A DNA stretch of 32,000 nt from assembly GCF_004959855.1 (NCBI RefSeq), contig NZ_SPNT01000003.1, positions 516,619 through 548,618 of the forward strand, given 5' to 3'. The position numbers and the translations under genes were made by a program. This document shows, piece by piece, positions 7,748 to 15,676 of this stretch. Under the pieces are notes generated by a model. It searched no databases. It had not been told where the DNA came from and was given only the letters and a program-made list of their open reading frames with translations. Position 1 is the first letter of the stretch, and every line of letters starts with the position of its first letter. The DNA comes from Nitratireductor sp. XY-223 (GTDB taxonomy: Bacteria; Pseudomonadota; Alphaproteobacteria; Rhizobiales; Rhizobiaceae).

Positions 7748-8851
7748 ATGACGAGACGCGAATTCCTGGGTTCGACCGCGGCGGTGACATTCGCACCGGC
7801 GGCCTTTGCGTCGGGCGGCGGTGCGGATGGCGATTCAACAGAGCGGGCCTCGTTTTATATGCCCGAAGAAAGCCTGCCACACCTGCGCACCTTCATGCAG
7901 TGGCCTGCCAGCCGCACGGTTCATCCGGACCGCCAATTCCTGCGGATCCTCCAGGAGACAATCGCCGACATCGCCAACACGGTCGCCGAGTTCGAACCCG
8001 TTGTCATGCTGATGCCGCAAGCGAGCGAGGAAGCGGCCCGCCGGCTGCTGGCCGGGACCGTCGAAATCTGGCCGATCCCCACGGAGGACCTGTGGTGCCG
8101 GGACAGCGGCCCGGTATTCGTCACGGATGGTTCCGGAGATCTGGCGATCAGCCAGCTCAATTTCAACGGCTGGGGAAACAAGCAGGTGCACGCCAATGAC
8201 GGCCTGGTCGCGCAAAGAGTTGCGGAGCGGCTCGGCCTGCGCGTGATCGATTCCGGCGTTGTCGGCGAAGGAGGGGGTGTCGAAACGGACGGCGAGGGAA
8301 CCCTCCTTGCGCACGAGAGCAGCTGGGTCAATCCCAACCGCAACGATTTGCCGAAGCATGAAATCGAGCGGCGGCTCCTGGGCGCGCTTGGCGCCGACAA
8401 GATGATCTGGGCGCCGGGGATCGCCGGTGCCGACATAACCGACTACCACATCGATTCACTGGCGCGCTTCACCGCGCCCGGAAAGGTGCTGATACAGTTA
8501 CCGCAGGCGGTCGATCCCGAAGATCCCTGGTCGGCCGCGGCCTTCGAGACGTATGACATTTTGCGGGCGGCGACGGACATGTCTGGACAGCCGCTGGAAG
8601 TGGCGGTTGTTCCCGAGCCCGTCGGCATACGCGTCGAGGACGACGAGTTCGTTGCGTCCTATGTCAACTACTATGTCTGCAACGGTGCGGTTATTGCCGC
8701 CGAATTCGGCGACAGCGAAACGGACAGCGAGGCCGAGCGTCTGCTGAAGGAGCTCTATCCCGGGCGCGAGATCGTTTCGCTCAACGTAGACCCGGTCGGG
8801 GAAATGGGCGGCGGCATTCATTGCGCCACGCAACAGCAGCCGCTGGTTTAG
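7748..8851 (+). CDS. Agmatine deiminase family (PAD_porph / guanidino-group modifying) protein with a twin-arginine signal peptide
   Basis: ATG 7748 (alternative GTG 7745 or 7724) follows GGAGA at 7734-7738. The N-terminus is MTRREFLGSTAAVTFAPAAFASG. Family motifs WCRDSGPVFV and the catalytic-Cys region GGGIHCATQQQP are present. Confidence 0.88.
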   Translation: MTRREFLGSTAAVTFAPAAFASGGGADGDSTERASFYMPEESLPHLRTFMQWPASRTVHPDRQFLRILQETIADIANTVAEFEPVVMLMPQASEEAARRLLAGTVEIWPIPTEDLWCRDSGPVFVTDGSGDLAISQLNFNGWGNKQVHANDGLVAQRVAERLGLRVIDSGVVGEGGGVETDGEGTLLAHESSWVNPNRNDLPKHEIERRLLGALGADKMIWAPGIAGADITDYHIDSLARFTAPGKVLIQLPQAVDPEDPWSAAAFETYDILRAATDMSGQPLEVAVVPEPVGIRVEDDEFVASYVNYYVCNGAVIAAEFGDSETDSEAERLLKELYPGREIVSLNVDPVGEMGGGIHCATQQQPLV

Positions 8852-8854
8852 AGA

Positions 8855-9193
8855 TTAGACAAGCGGCAGGGCGCCGGTCAGCCGGTCGATGTCGTGCGCT
8901 TCGTCGGGGCCAAGGCCAAGTGCCGTGATCGTGCCGGCGGGGATCACGGTCTTTCCCGCATCCCGGACGAGGCTCGCCGCGATGCCGCGGCCCTCGGCCA
9001 GCGCGAAAATCTCCTGCAGGGCTTCCGGCGATGGTGCTGACAGCACGATCTTCGGCATGCCGTCTCCGATCCAGTCCTGCTGGATTTCGGGATCCGCCTC
9101 GAGATATGCGGACACCGAAGCGTGGGCGACCTGCGCGGCAAGCTTGCCGGGCGGCAGATCGAGTGCGCTATTGACGACGATGACCTGTTTCAT
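8855..9193 (-). CDS. Pth2-type (archaeal/eukaryotic-type) peptidyl-tRNA hydrolase family protein
   Basis: I chose the internal ATG at 9193. The product MKQVIVVNSALDLPPGKLAAQVAHASVSAYLE...KIVLSAPS...AGKTVIPAGTITALGLGP matches the Pth2 GKxAAQxxHAxV and TxxxxGP pattern. Confidence 0.8.
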   Translation of the reverse strand: MKQVIVVNSALDLPPGKLAAQVAHASVSAYLEADPEIQQDWIGDGMPKIVLSAPSPEALQEIFALAEGRGIAASLVRDAGKTVIPAGTITALGLGPDEAHDIDRLTGALPLV

Positions 9194-9252
9194 GAGGCTA
9201 TAGTGACCATTCGACCGATCATCTGGCAACCGCCGGACAGGGGAAGACGCCG

Positions 9253-9900
9253 ATGCTGACCGTTCTTGGCCGACGCAGTTCAATCAACGTGCAGAAGGTG
9301 GCCTGGCTACTGGCCGAACTTGACGTGCCGCATCGCCACATCGAACTCGGCGGGGACTTCGGCGGGCTCGACACGCCGGAATTCCGCATGATGAATCCGC
9401 ACGGCAAGGTGCCGGTCCTCAAGGACGGCGACCGGGTTGTCTGGGAATCGCACGCGATCCTGCGCTACCTTGCGGCGATGCACGGAGAAGGGCGGTTCTG
9501 GAGCGATGATCCCGCCGAACGCGCGCAGGTCGATCAGTGGATGGAGTGGTCCGAAACGGTCCTGCAGAAGGACTTCATCGGCGGCGTTTTCTGGGGATTC
9601 TACAGAACGCCCGAAGAACAGAGAGACTGGAGGTTCATCCACCGCAGCGTCGAGCAATGCGCGCAGCATTTTACATTACTGGACGAAATGGTGGGCGACG
9701 ACGGCAATCTCCTTGGCGACGACCTGACACTGGCCGACATCACGGTGGGCGTGCACCTCTACCGCTACTTCAATCTCGACATAAAGCGGCCGGATATCCC
9801 CGGCATTTCGGCCTGGTACGAGCGGCTTCAACAGCGCGACGGGTTTCGCGAGCATGTCATGGTGCCGTTCGACGAACTATCCGGGAAAATGGCATTTTAA
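9253..9900 (+). CDS. Glutathione S-transferase
   Basis: 215-aa ORF with a thioredoxin-like N-domain containing NPHGKVPVLKDGDRVVWESHAILRYLA and a helical C-domain. SD GGGGAAGA lies upstream. Confidence 0.9.
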   Translation: MLTVLGRRSSINVQKVAWLLAELDVPHRHIELGGDFGGLDTPEFRMMNPHGKVPVLKDGDRVVWESHAILRYLAAMHGEGRFWSDDPAERAQVDQWMEWSETVLQKDFIGGVFWGFYRTPEEQRDWRFIHRSVEQCAQHFTLLDEMVGDDGNLLGDDLTLADITVGVHLYRYFNLDIKRPDIPGISAWYERLQQRDGFREHVMVPFDELSGKMAF

Positions 9901-9943
9901 CGGCCGCGCCCTTGAAACGGCATCCCCGCATAGCCATGTGGTG

Positions 9944-9997
9944 ATTGCGCGGACGGCCACGCAGTTCAACGGAAATTCTGATGAGGACGACCTTATC
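9944..9997 (+). promoter_or_regulatory. Guanidine-II (mini-ykkC) riboswitch candidate
   Basis: There are two tandem hairpins with ACGR tetraloops closed by GG/CC. The first is 9947-9962, GCGCGG-ACGG-CCACGC. The second is 9980-9997, GATGAGG-ACGA-CCTTATC. A 17-nt linker separates them. The element sits directly upstream of the SD (10006-10010) and ATG (10017) of an SMR/Gdx gene. Confidence 0.7.
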
Positions 9998-10016
9998 GCC
10001 ATTATGGAGATTAGGT

Positions 10017-10331
10017 ATGGCGTGGATTTTTCTCTTTCTTGCCGGACTGCTCGAAATCGGATGGGCCGTCGGCCTCAAATATACGGACGGCTTTCGGCTG
10101 CCCGTTCCCACCGCTCTGACGATCTGCGCGATAATCGCCAGTCTTGCACTTCTCGGATTGTCGCTGCGCACACTGCCGCTCGGAACCGCCTACGCCATGT
10201 GGACCGGAATCGGCACCATGGGCACGGTAATTGTCGGCATCCTGCTTTTCAGCGAACCGGCAACCGCCATACGCCTCGGCTGCATCGGCCTGATCGTGAT
10301 GGGCATCGCCGGGCTTAAACTCACGAGCTGA
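10017..10331 (+). CDS. sugE: SMR family exporter SugE/Gdx (guanidinium / quaternary ammonium efflux)
   Basis: 104-aa protein with four TM segments. It begins MAWIFLFLAGLLEIGWAVGLKYTDGF, which includes the conserved membrane Glu, and contains LGTAYAMWTGIGTMGTV. SD GGAGA lies upstream. Confidence 0.92.
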   Translation: MAWIFLFLAGLLEIGWAVGLKYTDGFRLPVPTALTICAIIASLALLGLSLRTLPLGTAYAMWTGIGTMGTVIVGILLFSEPATAIRLGCIGLIVMGIAGLKLTS

Positions 10332-10344
10332 GCCGATTTGCCGT

Positions 10345-10776
10345 TTAGTTGTGGACTTTGCCCGATCTCGAGATCCAGTAGCCGAGCAGTGGGAACAGAA
10401 ACAGCTCGGCTACTAGCGATGGAAGAACCGAGAGACTGAACAGCGTTCTGAAATCAAGGCCGCTGAGACGGGCAATGCCGCCCACAAATATAACGCCGCA
10501 TAGCACAATCAGCACATTTCGCAGTCGCTGCAACGCAAAGGCGCCGGCAAGAAAGACAAATCCGATCCCGAGCCAGACACCGCCGAGGAAACGGAAATGG
10601 CTGTCCTGGGTTCGGAAGGCAGAGGTATCGACCACTTCGACGAAATCTGTCGGACCCTGCCAGCCGAGCGTCTTGATGCCGCCGAAACCGACATTGAAAC
10701 CCAGGAATATGATCACGACGCCAACAATCGCCAGCAAAATGCGCAACGGCAGAATGGGGTTTTTCAGGGAGACCAT
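10345..10776 (-). CDS. Small integral membrane protein (four predicted TM segments, DUF4345-like)
   Basis: 143-aa hydrophobic ORF with coding-like codon usage. The family assignment is from memory only. Confidence 0.7.
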   Translation of the reverse strand: MVSLKNPILPLRILLAIVGVVIIFLGFNVGFGGIKTLGWQGPTDFVEVVDTSAFRTQDSHFRFLGGVWLGIGFVFLAGAFALQRLRNVLIVLCGVIFVGGIARLSGLDFRTLFSLSVLPSLVAELFLFPLLGYWISRSGKVHN

Positions 10777-11075
10777 GCGACCTCGCTTTTACGCTCTGTC
10801 GATTCGTTACTGAATTTCCGGGACACGCACAAGCTCAACGTGCGGTATTCAACGTCACCACCGGCAGGGCGACACGGAATGAGCCGCAATAGCCTGTCCC
10901 GCATACAGTCTCCCCGGTCGGCAATACCGCCGATGACGCAATCAAATGACAGCGACGCGCCCGATTGGGCAATTTTTTGTCTCCGGCGACCGATTTTTTC
11001 TATTGAAATTGCGGATGTTGGAACGGTTTCGCCCGGCCGGACGAATAATCTGGATTTCATTCCGGCTTCGTGTCT

Positions 11076-11132
11076 ATACTCCCGCCAAGGTTCGCGAGAG
11101 GGTAATGCGAACCACCATAAAAACGGGAGTAT
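11076..11132 (+). promoter_or_regulatory. Nested stem-loop in the ABC-transporter leader that base-pairs the Shine-Dalgarno sequence
   Basis: The outer 9-bp stem pairs ATACTCCCG (11076-11084) with CGGGAGTAT (11124-11132, which contains the SD GGGAG). The inner stem pairs GGTTCGC (11089-11095) with GCGAACC (11107-11113). ATG is at 11136. Confidence 0.4.
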
Positions 11133-11135
11133 TTC

Positions 11136-12728
11136 ATGTCACTTCGTAGAAGCTTACTAGGGGCAACGCTTCTGACCGGCCTGCTCGCAACGCAGGCCTA
11201 TGCTGAAAACACATTCAAATTCGCATTCCAGGGTACGCTCAAGTCTCTTGACCCGTATTCGCTCAACGAGACCTTTACGCTCGGAACTCTGAACAACGTC
11301 TATGAGGGTCTGACCCGGCGCGGGCCGGATCTTCAGATCAGGCCGGCGCTCGCCGAAAGCTGGGAAGTCGTCGAGCCGACCCGGTGGCGCTTTCATCTGC
11401 GCAAGGATGTGAAGTTCCACAACGGCAATGATTTCACTGCCGCAGACGTGGTCTTCTCCGCCGACCGTGTGCGTTCTGAAGGTTCGGACCTGAAGACCCG
11501 CATCCCGGCGGACGCGAAATTTGAGATCGTCGACGACCACACTGTGGATGTCGTCCTGACGTCGCCGAACCCGATCCTTCACTATGAGTGGGACACCTGG
11601 GGCATCATCGACAAGGAATGGGCCGAGGCCAACGACTCCGTTCGCGTGACGTCGGCTTCCGACCAGTCTGCCACGACCATTTCGCTGCAGGCCAACGGAA
11701 CGGGTCCGTTCAAGATCACCAATCACGACGCCGGCGTGAAGACGACGCTGGCAGCCAATCCGGACTGGTGGGATGCGGCCAACAAGAAGTACAATGTCGA
11801 CACGATCGAGTTCGCAACCATCGCATCGGATGCGACGCGCGTTGCCGCGCTGCTGTCCGGTGAAATGGACCTCGTCTATCCGATCCCGGTTCAGGACATC
11901 AAACGCGTCAACGACAACGCCGCAACCGCGGCGCTGACCGGTCCGGAGCTGCGCACCATCTTCCTTGGCATGGACCAGATGCGCGACGAACTGCTCTACT
12001 CGAACATCAAGGGGAAGAACCCGTTCAAGGACCAACGGGTCCGCGAGGCCTTCTACCACGCCATCGATATCGAGGCGATCAAAGAGAAGGTGATGCGTAA
12101 CCTGTCGACACCGTCGTCAATCATGATCTCGCCGTTCATGTTCGACAACGCCTCCAAGATTGCCCGCCTCGGCTACGATCCGGACGCTTCCAAGAACCTT
12201 CTCAAGGAAGCCGGCTATGCGGACGGGTTCGAGGTTGGCATGGACTGCCCGAACGACCGTTACGTCAATGACGAGGCGATCTGCCAGGCGGTTGTCGCGA
12301 TGCTCGCACGCGTCGGCATCAAGGTGAACCTCAATGCCCAGCCGAAGGCCCAGTACTTCGCCAAGGTGCTGGCGTCGGGCGGTTTCGACACGTCCTTCTA
12401 CCTGCTTGGCTGGACACCGGGTTCCTTCGACTCGTGGAACGTTCTGAGCAACCTGCACGGCTGTCGTGACGAGGCCGGCAATGGCGGTATGTTCAACCTC
12501 GGCGGCTACTGCAACGAGGACGTCGATTCGCTGACCGCGCAGATCCTGGTTGAGAACGATCCGAACAAGCGTCTCGACCTGATCACCCAGGCCTATCAGA
12601 TCACCACTGCTGAATCGGCCTATATCCCGCTTCACCAGCAGGGTCTTGCCTGGGGCGTCTCGGACGGCTTCGACGTCGTCCAGCGCGCTGACAACGTTCT
12701 CATGCTCTATCACGTCAACAAGAAATAA
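11136..12728 (+). CDS. ABC transporter substrate-binding protein, family 5 (peptide/opine/nickel type)
   Basis: 530-aa ORF with the Sec signal MSLRRSLLGATLLTGLLATQAYA. It is DppA/OppA-like throughout and is followed by cognate permease and ATPase genes. Confidence 0.93.
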   Translation: MSLRRSLLGATLLTGLLATQAYAENTFKFAFQGTLKSLDPYSLNETFTLGTLNNVYEGLTRRGPDLQIRPALAESWEVVEPTRWRFHLRKDVKFHNGNDFTAADVVFSADRVRSEGSDLKTRIPADAKFEIVDDHTVDVVLTSPNPILHYEWDTWGIIDKEWAEANDSVRVTSASDQSATTISLQANGTGPFKITNHDAGVKTTLAANPDWWDAANKKYNVDTIEFATIASDATRVAALLSGEMDLVYPIPVQDIKRVNDNAATAALTGPELRTIFLGMDQMRDELLYSNIKGKNPFKDQRVREAFYHAIDIEAIKEKVMRNLSTPSSIMISPFMFDNASKIARLGYDPDASKNLLKEAGYADGFEVGMDCPNDRYVNDEAICQAVVAMLARVGIKVNLNAQPKAQYFAKVLASGGFDTSFYLLGWTPGSFDSWNVLSNLHGCRDEAGNGGMFNLGGYCNEDVDSLTAQILVENDPNKRLDLITQAYQITTAESAYIPLHQQGLAWGVSDGFDVVQRADNVLMLYHVNKK

Positions 12729-12741
12729 AGAGCCTTCTTTG

Positions 12742-12763
12742 GGCCCCGGCGAAAGCCGGGGCC
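12742..12763 (+). promoter_or_regulatory. Intercistronic GC-rich stem-loop between the binding-protein and permease genes
   Basis: The stem GGCCCCGGC/GCCGGGGCC has a GAAA loop and no U-tract. This arrangement is typical of elements that give differential expression of the binding protein relative to the membrane components. Confidence 0.55.
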
Positions 12764-12778
12764 TAAGACTATTTCCCC

Positions 12779-13756
12779 ATGCTTGCTTTTGTTATTCGAC
12801 GTCTTGTTCAGTCGGTGGTGGTGATGCTGGTTGTCAGCCTCATCGCCTTCGTCATGTTCCGCTTTGTCGGCGATCCTGTTGACCAGATGGTCGGCCTTGA
12901 AACCACCCTGGAGGAACGCGCCAAGCTGCGCGAGCAACTCGGCCTCAACGATCCGCTGCCGGTGCAGTTCTGGAACTTCGTTTCCAAGGCGGCGCAGGGC
13001 GATCTCGGGATTTCCTACCAGTTCAAGCGCCCGGTCGCCGTGCTGCTTAGCGAACGCCTTCCGGCGACGCTGGAACTATCCTTTGTTTCCGCGCTTTTCG
13101 CTTTGCTGGCCGGCATACCCATGGGTGTCTACACGGCCTTGCGCCGCGAGAGCTTCCTGTCGAAACTGTTTCTGACGGTGTCGCTGATCGGCATTTCGCT
13201 GCCGACCTTTCTGATCGGCATTCTGCTGATCTTCATTTTCTCGGTGAACCTGCAATGGCTTCCGAGCTTCGGCCGCGGCCAGGTGGTCGATCTCGGTTGG
13301 TGGACGACCGGATTCCTGACGGTCTCCGGCCTCAAAGCACTGATCCTGCCGTCGATCACACTCGGTCTTTTCCAGATGACGCTCATCATGCGCCTCGTGC
13401 GCTCCGAGATGCTCGAAGTGCTACGCACCGACTACATCAAGTTCGCGCGGGCCCGCGGGCTCAAGGACCGCGCCATCCATTTCGGTCACGCGCTGAAGAA
13501 CACGCTCATCCCGGTCATTACCATCACCGGTCTGCAGCTCGGATCCATCATCGCCTTCGCCATCATCACCGAGACGGTTTTCCAGTGGCCGGGCATGGGT
13601 CTTTTGTTCCTGCAAGCGGTGCAGAACGTCGATATTCCGATCATGTCCGCCTATCTGCTGCTGATCGCCTTCCTGTTCGTCGCCATCAACCTGATCGTCG
13701 ACCTGCTTTATGTCGTCGTCGATCCGCGCATCCGCATCGGAGGGGCTGAGGCATGA
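12779..13756 (+). CDS. ABC transporter permease (DppB/OppB-like)
   Basis: 325-aa polytopic ORF with the N-terminal MLAFVIRRLVQSVVVMLVVSLIAF motif typical of DppB and an EAA-like loop (DYIKFARARGL). Confidence 0.93.
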   Translation: MLAFVIRRLVQSVVVMLVVSLIAFVMFRFVGDPVDQMVGLETTLEERAKLREQLGLNDPLPVQFWNFVSKAAQGDLGISYQFKRPVAVLLSERLPATLELSFVSALFALLAGIPMGVYTALRRESFLSKLFLTVSLIGISLPTFLIGILLIFIFSVNLQWLPSFGRGQVVDLGWWTTGFLTVSGLKALILPSITLGLFQMTLIMRLVRSEMLEVLRTDYIKFARARGLKDRAIHFGHALKNTLIPVITITGLQLGSIIAFAIITETVFQWPGMGLLFLQAVQNVDIPIMSAYLLLIAFLFVAINLIVDLLYVVVDPRIRIGGAEA

Positions 13757-14694
13757 GCACGGAAACACAGGAAATGGCACGTCCCGGTTTTCTGGCCCGT
13801 GCACTCGACTCCGACATCTGGCACTCGTTCAAGCGTTCCAGGATCACCATCGTCGCGGCGATCGTGACGCTGTTCATCTTCCTGAGCGCCCTGTTCGCGC
13901 CGCTGATCGCGCCGCACAACCCGTTCGATCTCGCGACGCTCTCACTGCTCGATTCTCTGACGCCGCCGGCCTGGGAGGAGGGAGGCGATCCGCGCTTCCT
14001 GCTCGGCACCGACGACCAGGGACGCGGCATCCTGTCGACCATCCTTTACGGGTCGCGCATCTCGCTGGCGGTCGGCTTCGCATCCGTGGTCTTTGCGGCC
14101 ATTCTCGGCATATCGCTTGGGCTGCTGGCCGGCTATGCGGGCGGTCGCACGGATTCGATCATCATGCGCATCGCCGACGTGCAGCTGACCTTTCCGGCCA
14201 TCCTGATCGCGCTGCTGATCGACGGCTCGGTGCGCAGTGTGCTCGGCGGCATCGACCGCGAACAATCGGCGTTCTACGTGCTGGTGGTGTCCATCGGTCT
14301 GTCCTTCTGGGTGCAGTACGCGCGAACGGTCCGCTCTTCGACGCTGGTCGAGAAAAACAAGGAATACGTCCAGGCCGCGCGTCTGATCGGGCTGCACCCG
14401 ATCAAGATCATGGCCCGGCATGTCCTGCCGAACGTGATGGGGCCGGTGCTGGTGATCGCCACGATCAACCTGGCGCTCGCCATCATTACCGAGGCAACCC
14501 TGTCGTTCCTCGGCGTCGGCATACCGCCGACCCAGCCGTCGCTCGGGACCATGATCCGCATCGGCAACGACTTCCTGTTCTCCGGCGAATGGTGGATCAC
14601 CATTTTCCCAGGCATCACGCTCGCCATCCTCGTGCTGGCCGTCAATCTCCTTGGCGACTGGCTGCGCGATGCGCTCAATCCGCGGCTGAGGTGA
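13753..14694 (+). CDS. ABC transporter permease (DppC/OppC-like)
   Basis: 313-aa polytopic ORF whose start overlaps the upstream stop (ATGA). The motifs LGTDDQGRGILS and EYVQAARLIG are typical of DppC. Confidence 0.93.
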   Translation: MSTETQEMARPGFLARALDSDIWHSFKRSRITIVAAIVTLFIFLSALFAPLIAPHNPFDLATLSLLDSLTPPAWEEGGDPRFLLGTDDQGRGILSTILYGSRISLAVGFASVVFAAILGISLGLLAGYAGGRTDSIIMRIADVQLTFPAILIALLIDGSVRSVLGGIDREQSAFYVLVVSIGLSFWVQYARTVRSSTLVEKNKEYVQAARLIGLHPIKIMARHVLPNVMGPVLVIATINLALAIITEATLSFLGVGIPPTQPSLGTMIRIGNDFLFSGEWWITIFPGITLAILVLAVNLLGDWLRDALNPRLR

Positions 14695-14698
14695 TCCC

Positions 14699-15676
14699 AT
14701 GAGTGACGCTCTCCTTTCGGTCCGCGATCTCGTGGTCGAGTTCCCGACCCGCAAGGGTATCCTCACCGCCGTCGACAGCGTGAGCTTCGACATCGGCCGC
14801 GGCGAAGTCCTCGGTGTTGTGGGCGAATCCGGCGCCGGAAAATCCATGACAGGCTCGGCCATCATCGGTCTTATCGAACCGCCCGGACACATTGCCGGCG
14901 GATCGATCGAGCTCGCCGGCGAGCGCATCGACAATCTGCCGCTGGAGGCGATGCGCAAGGTGCGGGGCAAGCGCATCGGCATGGTCTTCCAGGATCCGCT
15001 GACATCGCTCAATCCGCTCTATACGATCGCCGAGCAGCTGATCGAGACCATTCGCACGCATCTGAAGCTCAGCGAGCGCGATGCACGCGAACGGGCGATC
15101 GGCCTTTTGGACGAGGTCGGCATTCCCGCGGCCTCGCGGCGCATTGACGACTATCCGCACCAGTTCTCCGGCGGAATGCGACAGCGTGTCGTCATTGCGC
15201 TGGCGCTGTGCGCCGAGCCGGAACTGGTGATTGCGGACGAGCCGACGACGGCGCTCGACGTGTCGGTGCAGTCGCAGATCATCGACGTGCTGAAGAACAT
15301 GTGCGCCGAGCACGGCAGTTCGGTGATGCTGATCACCCACGACATGGGCGTGATCGCCGAGGCCGCCGACCGCGTCGCGGTCATGTATGCCGGCCGCCTG
15401 GCGGAGATCGGCCCTGTGCGCGACGTCATTCAGGATGCCCGCCACCCCTATACGAAGGGGCTGATGGGATCGATCCCGACTCTGATGCACGATTCCGACA
15501 GGCTGACGCAGATACCGGGTTCCATGCCCCGCCTGACGGATATTCCGCCCGGTTGCGCATTCAGCCCGCGTTGTCCGAAGGCCTTTGACCGCTGCTTCAG
15601 CGTGCAGCCCGCCTGTGAGAGGCACGAGGACCGTGAAGTTGCCTGCCTGCTCTATGACGAAGGAGGCCGGCCATGA
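14699..15676 (+). CDS. ABC transporter ATP-binding protein (DppD/OppD-like)
   Basis: Walker A is GESGAGKS, the signature is FSGGMRQR and Walker B is VIADEPTTALD. The C-terminal oligopeptide-type extension contains CAFSPRC. Confidence 0.95.
   Translation: MSDALLSVRDLVVEFPTRKGILTAVDSVSFDIGRGEVLGVVGESGAGKSMTGSAIIGLIEPPGHIAGGSIELAGERIDNLPLEAMRKVRGKRIGMVFQDPLTSLNPLYTIAEQLIETIRTHLKLSERDARERAIGLLDEVGIPAASRRIDDYPHQFSGGMRQRVVIALALCAEPELVIADEPTTALDVSVQSQIIDVLKNMCAEHGSSVMLITHDMGVIAEAADRVAVMYAGRLAEIGPVRDVIQDARHPYTKGLMGSIPTLMHDSDRLTQIPGSMPRLTDIPPGCAFSPRCPKAFDRCFSVQPACERHEDREVACLLYDEGGRP

Noticed and set aside
11089-11101. 13-mer GGTTCGCGAGAGG shared between the ABC leader (11089-11101) and the long intergenic region (26758-26770)
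   Set aside because: A single shared 13-mer among all word pairs on both strands of 32 kb of GC-biased DNA is about what chance allows. The flanks do not align beyond it.
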